DNA from: Candidatus Moraniibacteriota bacterium
Lineage (GTDB): Bacteria > Patescibacteriota > Minisyncoccia > Moranbacterales > UBA1568
Reading direction: 5' to 3'
Assembly (NCBI GenBank): GCA_963743885.1
Contig: CAVURJ010000002.1
Span: 369,706-433,705 of the forward strand
DNA: 64,000 nucleotides
The notes under the pieces were generated by a model that ran no database searches, was not told where the DNA came from, and worked only from the letters and a program-made list of their open reading frames with translations. Shown piece by piece: positions 58,989 to 64,000 of the stretch (position 1 is the stretch's first letter; every line of letters begins with the position of its first letter). Position numbers and translations under genes: made by a program.

Positions 58989-59217
58989 ATCAGAAGTATA
59001 TTCGAACAATCTTTTGTGCTTCCTTGCCTATTTTCCTTTTTTGCTTTATTACCAAGTATCTATACTATTGTAATGTCTCATAAGTTACATAGGAAGACAT
59101 TGTATGCTTTAAAGAAAACCCGTTACAAACGGGATATTTGATTTTTGTTTTCAAGGTTCTCCTCTACCTCGACAAACCCATTATAGCATACTTTTAAAGT
59201 CCATGCAATAGATTCTG

Positions 59218-60051
59218 TCAATCGAGGAACCTTCGCGCCCGCTCGACCTGCGTTCCTTCGTACAGATTCAGGTAGTGGAATGACGACAACGGGTTGGTAT
59301 GTCCGAGGATGAACTGCACGTCCTTGACCGTTCCCCCGCCATCGAGCACCTGCCAGGCCTTGCTGTGCCTGAAGGAGTGCGCGACGATCCGTTTCTTGAT
59401 CCCGGCCCTCTGGCAATACCCGTGGATTATCCTTGTAGCGCTCCTGGATGTCATCCGCCATCCGTCCCTGGTATTCCCGAATACCGGACCGGTTTCGGTG
59501 CCACAGCGGTCCGCGTAGTCCTTCAGGAACTCGTTCGTGTCCTTCCCCCAGAATATCAGCCGCCGCCGGTCTGTCTTCTTGGTGTCGATGAACGCCTGCC
59601 TATGGAACGTGTCCATGGCCTCAAAATCAAGCGATAGAAGCTCTGAGACGCGCATACCGGTGTCATAGAGCATCCTGACCATCAGATTATCCCTGGCGCC
59701 TTGTAGCGTGTCTACGCGCAGCCATGAGAGCAGCGTGACGTACTCCTCCGGCGTGATCGGCTCATACGGGACCGATCTGGTATGAGGCGGCCGGATGTCC
59801 TTGTAGTCGAAGCGGAGAATCTTGCGGCGCGAGACGAAGGAAGCATAGTCCCGGATAATGGACATGGCGTAGCCTACCGTGCCGCTGGCGTACCGGCTCC
59901 TGATATCCTCAGAGAACCGTAGGACGTCTGAAAGCTCCGCATCAGCCATTCCCTTGCCAGTAATCTCCCGGAAGCGCCGCACCCATATCGCATACGCCTC
60001 GCCGGCGCGCCGGGTATACGATGCCTTCCACCTGATGTATTCGATTTCCAT
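59218..60051 (-). CDS. Tyrosine site-specific recombinase (phage-integrase/XerCD family)
   Basis: C-terminal catalytic region with R ... HSFRHSKA ... LGHTNPLSSFHYLNL (R, K, HxxR, H, Y) and a SAM-like N-terminal domain, 277 aa. Confidence 0.85.
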   Translation of the reverse strand: MEIEYIRWKASYTRRAGEAYAIWVRRFREITGKGMADAELSDVLRFSEDIRSRYASGTVGYAMSIIRDYASFVSRRKILRFDYKDIRPPHTRSVPYEPITPEEYVTLLSWLRVDTLQGARDNLMVRMLYDTGMRVSELLSLDFEAMDTFHRQAFIDTKKTDRRRLIFWGKDTNEFLKDYADRCGTETGPVFGNTRDGWRMTSRSATRIIHGYCQRAGIKKRIVAHSFRHSKAWQVLDGGGTVKDVQFILGHTNPLSSFHYLNLYEGTQVERARRFLD

Positions 60052-60286
60052 AAAACAGGAGCCCCATCTACTTCCTTCAGCTTGGCGGCTTCAGGTTTCG
60101 AATGGGGCTCCTGTTTTTATAATAGCAACGGAATCTATCTTTTGGACGTGATTCCCCTGCTACAAAGGAGTATACCACGAACCAGCCGCCAAGCGTACCG
60201 GGATTCCGGCACCTTTCCGAAGAAAGAAGGTTCTAAGGCATTAGATTGTAACGGCGCACTCTATCCTATTCTGGATATTTTGTCAA

Positions 60287-60320
60287 GCAAAAACCGCCCC
60301 AGATTGAGGCGGTTTGATAT
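60287..60320 (-). terminator. Intrinsic terminator ending the minus-strand lysis-cassette transcript
   Basis: Minus strand reads AAACCGCCtcaatctggGGCGGTTTttgc. Confidence 0.55.
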
Positions 60321-60321
60321 G

Positions 60322-60552
60322 CTACGCGGCGTATGCGGCCCGCTTGATGCGGTACCGGCCGTAGATAGCCTCCACGATACCCATGACACCAAGCACCGTC
60401 GATACGGACTGCAGCGTCCCATCAACCACTCCATCAACCTCTTCCTGCGACGCATAGTCGCTCAAGAAGTACGCGAGCACCATCTTCGCGATGCCGATGT
60501 AGGTCATGCTTCCTTGAAACATAGGATGTTCGTTATGCGGATTATTTCCCAC
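60322..60552 (-). CDS. Small hydrophobic protein (possible lysis-accessory/holin-like)
   Basis: 76 aa with one hydrophobic helix, overlapping the upstream lysin-like gene. Confidence 0.3.
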   Translation of the reverse strand: MGNNPHNEHPMFQGSMTYIGIAKMVLAYFLSDYASQEEVDGVVDGTLQSVSTVLGVMGIVEAIYGRYRIKRAAYAA

Positions 60553-61330
60553 CGAGGAACTTCTGGAGAGCCAGGCGGAAGAGTTCGACCGCGCTCATGT
60601 CCGACTCGAGCACCCTCTTCTCGACCACGACCTCCTTTTCAACTACCTTCTCCACCGGCACCTCCACCGTCACTTCCTTGATGACCGGAGGCTTCGATTT
60701 GCACTGCTCGAGCGCGACCCGGAGTTCCACGTTGCTATCGTAGACCTCGGAGATCTTCTCGCCGAGCTTGTCCATCTCGCTGTCATTGAGCTTATCCCCG
60801 AAATCGAACCCCAGCTTCTTCGCTGCCTTCTTGAGCTTTTCCGTCATAGACGTGTCGTTAATGATTTCCTCTACCACGATCAGATGCCCCCAGCCGCCGT
60901 TCGGACCGGTGCCGGCGTAGACGTACCGGACGATTCCTTCTGCGACGCAGTACACCGGGGCGTCATAGTCAGCGTTCCCACTCCCCTTCCCGTTCTCATC
61001 CAGGCCCGGGTGGTAGCACATCCTCGGCTTGGCGGCCGTCCCATAGTTCGCGAGATCGAGCCAGTCATACCCGAGATGACTATACCCTTCTCCAAGCGCC
61101 TTCGGATATTTCGTCGGATCGACGAACTGCGCGATCGTCTCCTCCTTCGTCCATCCGATATTGTAAAATCCGTAGTTCCCACCCGGGATGGTCTTCGGAT
61201 GGTCTCTATGGCAGTGCGCGGCCCATTGGCCGTTCCCGGTTCCATTGGTCGCTATCTTCTGCCCAAGCTTCACCTTGTCCCCGACCTTTACGAAGACCTG
61301 GTTGACGTGTCCATATCTTGAAAATGGCAT
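60542..61330 (-). CDS. M23-like peptidoglycan hydrolase (putative phage lysin) with permuted LytM motifs
   Basis: VKVGDKVKLGQKIATNGTGNGQWAAHCH (the C-terminal half of an M23 motif) lies at the N-terminus. HPGLDENGKGSGNADYDAPVYCVAEGIVRYVYAGTGPNGGWGHLIVV (the N-terminal half) lies about 100 aa downstream. An RBS aaggtagatagatATG is present. Confidence 0.5.
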   Translation of the reverse strand: MPFSRYGHVNQVFVKVGDKVKLGQKIATNGTGNGQWAAHCHRDHPKTIPGGNYGFYNIGWTKEETIAQFVDPTKYPKALGEGYSHLGYDWLDLANYGTAAKPRMCYHPGLDENGKGSGNADYDAPVYCVAEGIVRYVYAGTGPNGGWGHLIVVEEIINDTSMTEKLKKAAKKLGFDFGDKLNDSEMDKLGEKISEVYDSNVELRVALEQCKSKPPVIKEVTVEVPVEKVVEKEVVVEKRVLESDMSAVELFRLALQKFLGGK

Positions 61331-61332
61331 AT

Positions 61333-61602
61333 CTATCTACCTTCAAACGGATTATGCTGCGCAGGCCAATCTCTCGGCTCGAAGCCTCCTACTGATTCGA
61401 CGGAAAAAACATTGAACAAGAGAAAAGCCAGACCGATAGCGCCAGCGATCCAAAAAGGACTATATTTAACATTCTGTTGAGCTCCTGCATATCGTTTTAT
61501 AGGCTTAGTATTACTGATTAATGCCGCAGAGCGTAGGTGCGGTCTTAGGAGATCAGGATAAGGGGAATGGGTATCCAGATCAAAAAAGAAATGCCGAATC
61601 AT
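61333..61602 (-). CDS. Small single-TM protein immediately upstream of the lysin (holin-like position)
   Basis: 89 aa, TM helix FWIAGAIGLAFLLFNVF, with its stop abutting the lysin start. Confidence 0.35.
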   Translation of the reverse strand: MIRHFFFDLDTHSPYPDLLRPHLRSAALISNTKPIKRYAGAQQNVKYSPFWIAGAIGLAFLLFNVFSVESVGGFEPRDWPAQHNPFEGR

Positions 61603-61737
61603 CTAATCATCATCGCCGTGATATTGACGGTTTAAAGAACTGTTTCCCCTCCCGCTCCTCCCGAAGGAGAAGCAGAATGGCCGCATTGCTTCCGAAGAAG
61701 CGGGAGAGTGGGGAAGCGTTGGCCTCCCCGAAGATGT

Positions 61738-61932
61738 TCATGTCCCATAGACCCTCGCAAGCAGTTCGCAGGCATATTCCGGTACGTTGCCGAAATCGTG
61801 GTATTCCTGGACTGCTTCATCGATAGCTGTATCCGCAGGCTCTTTTCCGGTAGACCATTTGAAGGCTCCGTAGAAGAACGCGCGCGGCGTTACGTTGTGG
61901 GCCATGCAGTAGGCCCGGCAGAGCGCTTGCAT
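61738..61932 (-). CDS. Small hypothetical (phage-like) protein
   Basis: About 64 aa, starting MQALCRAYCMAH. Confidence 0.3.
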   Translation of the reverse strand: MQALCRAYCMAHNVTPRAFFYGAFKWSTGKEPADTAIDEAVQEYHDFGNVPEYACELLARVYGT

Positions 61933-61942
61933 TATGGTCTCC

Positions 61943-62104
61943 TTAGTCGATCTGCCAGTCTTGCGGCTGGTGGATCGGAACGAGCGGTTGCCGTTCCGGG
62001 TGCATGATGGCCCAGTTGGGAAGCTCGAGCTCGCATTGCGGGCATACGGACCAATCCCCATCCTTGACCATCGGCGTGTCGCACTTCGGGCATTGCGGTG
62101 TCAT
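61943..62104 (-). CDS. Zinc-ribbon small protein
   Basis: MTPQCPKCDTPM ... CPQCEL (CxxC ... CxxC), about 54 aa. Confidence 0.4.
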   Translation of the reverse strand: MTPQCPKCDTPMVKDGDWSVCPQCELELPNWAIMHPERQPLVPIHQPQDWQID

Positions 62105-62280
62105 GATACCCTCCTTTTGAGTTTGAAATCGACTTCGATGACGATGCAGCGCTTCCGCTGTGTTTCGTAGGCGCTGCGCCAGAAGAGATACCAAAACCAC
62201 CAGTCTGGATAGAACATGATAATCTCCTTTTCGTAAGGTACTGGGAGAGGCGCAAAGATAGTCACGTCCCTCCCGCTGCC

Positions 62281-62736
62281 CTACTTCTTGTCGCGCATTT
62301 CCGATACCCGGTCATTGATCAGTGCCACGACTCGGACTGGTGTCCGGAACCCGAATATGGAAAGATTCTCAAATATGGAAAGCGATTCAGACAGGATTAG
62401 GTATATGGTCATCCACTCGAACATCCATCCGAACATAACGCGTTCTGCCTGCGACAGGACGAAGACCGTGAAGAGTGCTGCCCCGTAGAGCGCTATCTTC
62501 TTCGAGAGTGGCTGGCCCATCTTCCAGGAAGCGATGCGCTTCTGTTTGTAGGCGGCCGCTATCGCTACCACGGAATCTGCGATGATGATGATTGAAAGCA
62601 GCCAGAGCACGCGGATCTCATCCACTGAGAGCTGGAGCGCCGGAAATGTCAGCAATAGCGCCACGACACCCTGCCGCGCCTTTTCCATTAAGGTGAGATT
62701 CTTCGCTATTGCTCCGGTTGTGATGGCTGATTGCAT
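62281..62736 (-). CDS. Membrane protein with 3-4 TM helices (holin-like, hypothetical)
   Basis: 151 aa and hydrophobic. Its 5' end abuts the left inverted repeat. Confidence 0.4.
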   Translation of the reverse strand: MQSAITTGAIAKNLTLMEKARQGVVALLLTFPALQLSVDEIRVLWLLSIIIIADSVVAIAAAYKQKRIASWKMGQPLSKKIALYGAALFTVFVLSQAERVMFGWMFEWMTIYLILSESLSIFENLSIFGFRTPVRVVALINDRVSEMRDKK

Positions 62737-62758
62737 AGGCTACAAAGTTATCTTTTTA

Positions 62759-62813
62759 CGTCCTACAACTGGTCTATTCCGACATTCACTGCCGCTAATC
62801 TCATCCAGAGGCC
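62759..62813. repeat. Inverted repeat IR-L (41 bp perfect plus about 14 bp partial) encoding SYNWSIPTFTAANLIQRP
   Basis: cgtcctacaactggtctattccgacattcactgccgctaat is the exact reverse complement of 63580-63620. Confidence 0.85.
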
Positions 62814-63174
62814 TATCTACGATGCGAGAGATGTAACGACCGTGTCAGGGAAAATAATAAAAGTTTCTGGGAAGACCGTTCAAATTATTGGATATGATTT
62901 TGTTCTTGGTGATGGGACTACTGGCTCAAAAGCAAAAGCTGTAACGTACCCGATAACTTTTGCGTCTATTCCTGTGGTTATTGTCACTTACGCCGGGTGG
63001 AAAAATGGTTCAGATTTTAGCTCATTTGCTGATGGTGCCGGAGGAGAGATGGCTTATGTTGGGGCTCCTGAAAATAAGCTAGCAACCGGATTCGGTATCA
63101 GGGTAAAACCTGACACTGCTCTTTCGAGCGCATACCGACTTGGTGTTCATTATGTCGCAACTGGCGTGATGTAA
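62759..63174 (+). CDS. Alternative tail-fibre-like C-terminal cassette Cv2. It is promoter-less, has no start codon, and is oriented opposite to the host gene.
   Basis: It begins inside IR-L with the same peptide as the host gene (SYNWSIPTFTAANLIQRP), then diverges (IYDARDVTTVSGK ...). It ends 3 nt before the stop of the convergent Cv1. Confidence 0.5.
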
Positions 63175-63177
63175 ATA

Positions 63178-64000
63178 TTAAATCTTAGTGAAAAACTCTC
63201 CCTCTGTTTCTTTCAGTCCAGAAGCCGTAAATCCACCGAAAGCGTTTGCCGCTGCGGTAGACAAATTGATACCAATCTTAGCTGTATTATTTGTAGCCCC
63301 GACATTCAATCCTAAAATCCCAGCGTTAACCCCATGCGTCGTATTATCGGTCACTTTAATTGGAAGTCTGAATGTCCCAGCCGCCATTGTTGCTGGTACA
63401 AATGGAAGAGTAAAATTGAATGTTGCGCTATTTGATGTTCCGGAAAATTGAATGTAATAATACACGGAATCATTCACTACTTTATACCCAACAGTTGCCG
63501 TTGGCGTAGGTGCAAATCCAGTGAGTACAGGCGCCCACGATAACCACCTCGTCTCATACACCGGCCGCTGAATCAAATTAGCGGCAGTGAATGTCGGAAT
63601 AGACCAGTTGTAGGACGCTCCGCCCGACAATGTAGCGGCAAAACGTCCGATATTCTCAAACTCATCGCTTACGGCCGTATTGGCAGAATTATCCAAGAGA
63701 ATGCTCTTTTCATTCGTAGTAGTAAGGTAGAAAAAATCATCAAGTCTCGTCCCGTATGGGATTCTTGAAATACCAATCATTACCCGGGAATCAGTCGCAT
63801 TCCATCCAAGATAGACGAAACGGTCTATTTCTTTCGTTGCGAGTTCGGCTCCGCCAGAATTGCAATAGTTCGTTCCGGCGTTCCATGTTCCAGAAAGTGC
63901 AGCGGTGATGCTACGTATAGTGTCGCCAATCCTGATATATACAGGCTCGATTACTGACGGATCATTTCCAGCGAGCGTCTTGATTGCCACGGTAAGATTA
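63178..64000 (-). CDS. Tail-fibre/receptor-binding-like protein. The 5' end runs off the window. It currently carries C-terminal cassette Cv1.
   Basis: The frame is open to the window edge. The constant part ends at IR-R, which encodes SYNWSIPTFTAANLIQRP. Cv1 is rich in G/T/N/S, typical of fibre tips. Confidence 0.5.
   Translation of the reverse strand, partial: NLTVAIKTLAGNDPSVIEPVYIRIGDTIRSITAALSGTWNAGTNYCNSGGAELATKEIDRFVYLGWNATDSRVMIGISRIPYGTRLDDFFYLTTTNEKSILLDNSANTAVSDEFENIGRFAATLSGGASYNWSIPTFTAANLIQRPVYETRWLSWAPVLTGFAPTPTATVGYKVVNDSVYYYIQFSGTSNSATFNFTLPFVPATMAAGTFRLPIKVTDNTTHGVNAGILGLNVGATNNTAKIGINLSTAAANAFGGFTASGLKETEGEFFTKI
63566..63620. repeat. Inverted repeat IR-R (partner of IR-L)
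   Basis: Reverse complement gagcgtcctacaactggtctattccgacattcactgccgctaatttgattcagcggcc. Confidence 0.85.

Noticed and set aside
60082-60681. 199-aa plus-strand ORF that overlaps the integrase upstream region and the lysin gene
   Set aside because: The product is Pro/Arg/Ser-rich and overlaps better-supported minus-strand genes.
1-64000. CRISPR arrays, rRNA genes, tRNA genes
   Set aside because: No regularly spaced direct repeats with unique spacers were found, and no rRNA or tRNA signatures were recognised by eye. A tRNAscan/cmscan run is still advisable.

Overview
The window is a gene-dense bacterial segment of moderately high GC with a few AT-rich islands. It could be from a Patescibacteria/CPR-like lineage (a TIGR02436 four-helix-bundle protein and many GT-C paralogs), but that placement is low-confidence. 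Most of it is cell-envelope glycan machinery. There are many GT2/GT4 glycosyltransferases, a GT26 TagA/WecB-like enzyme, and four tandem ArnT/PMT-like GT-C membrane glycosyltransferases. Two nucleotide-sugar dehydrogenases and GalE supply precursors. A Wzx-like flippase, two Wzy_C/O-antigen-ligase-like proteins and an LCP (LytR-CpsA-Psr) protein complete the pathway. Housekeeping genes are the priA-def-fmt-rhodanese operon, thpR, gltX, a solitary groES, ctpA, an M23 peptidase and rtcB. Mobile or foreign DNA is present at both ends. An IS481-family transposase and an AT-rich wHTH-PRTase (ComF-like) cargo gene sit between 40-bp direct repeats at 2.9-5.2 kb. A prophage-like block begins after ~58.5 kb and runs off the window edge. 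It has integrase-adjacent direct repeats, a tyrosine recombinase, a holin/lysin-like cassette, a zinc-ribbon protein and a tail-fibre-like gene. Three things stand out. (1) The tail-fibre-like gene 3' end is built like a Mu G-segment. Two alternative C-terminal cassettes lie tail-to-tail between 41-bp perfect inverted repeats that encode the same peptide. (2) A ~0.9-kb ORF-free, GC-rich locus at 38.9-39.9 kb is driven by two consensus sigma70 promoters and closed by two intrinsic terminators, which makes it a candidate large structured ncRNA. (3) A ~130-bp quasi-palindromic intergenic repeat occurs in five full copies and one partial copy, each immediately 5' of a glycan-locus gene start. A shared GTTAACG-containing upstream motif was also found at three promoters. 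No rRNA, tRNA or CRISPR array was recognised.
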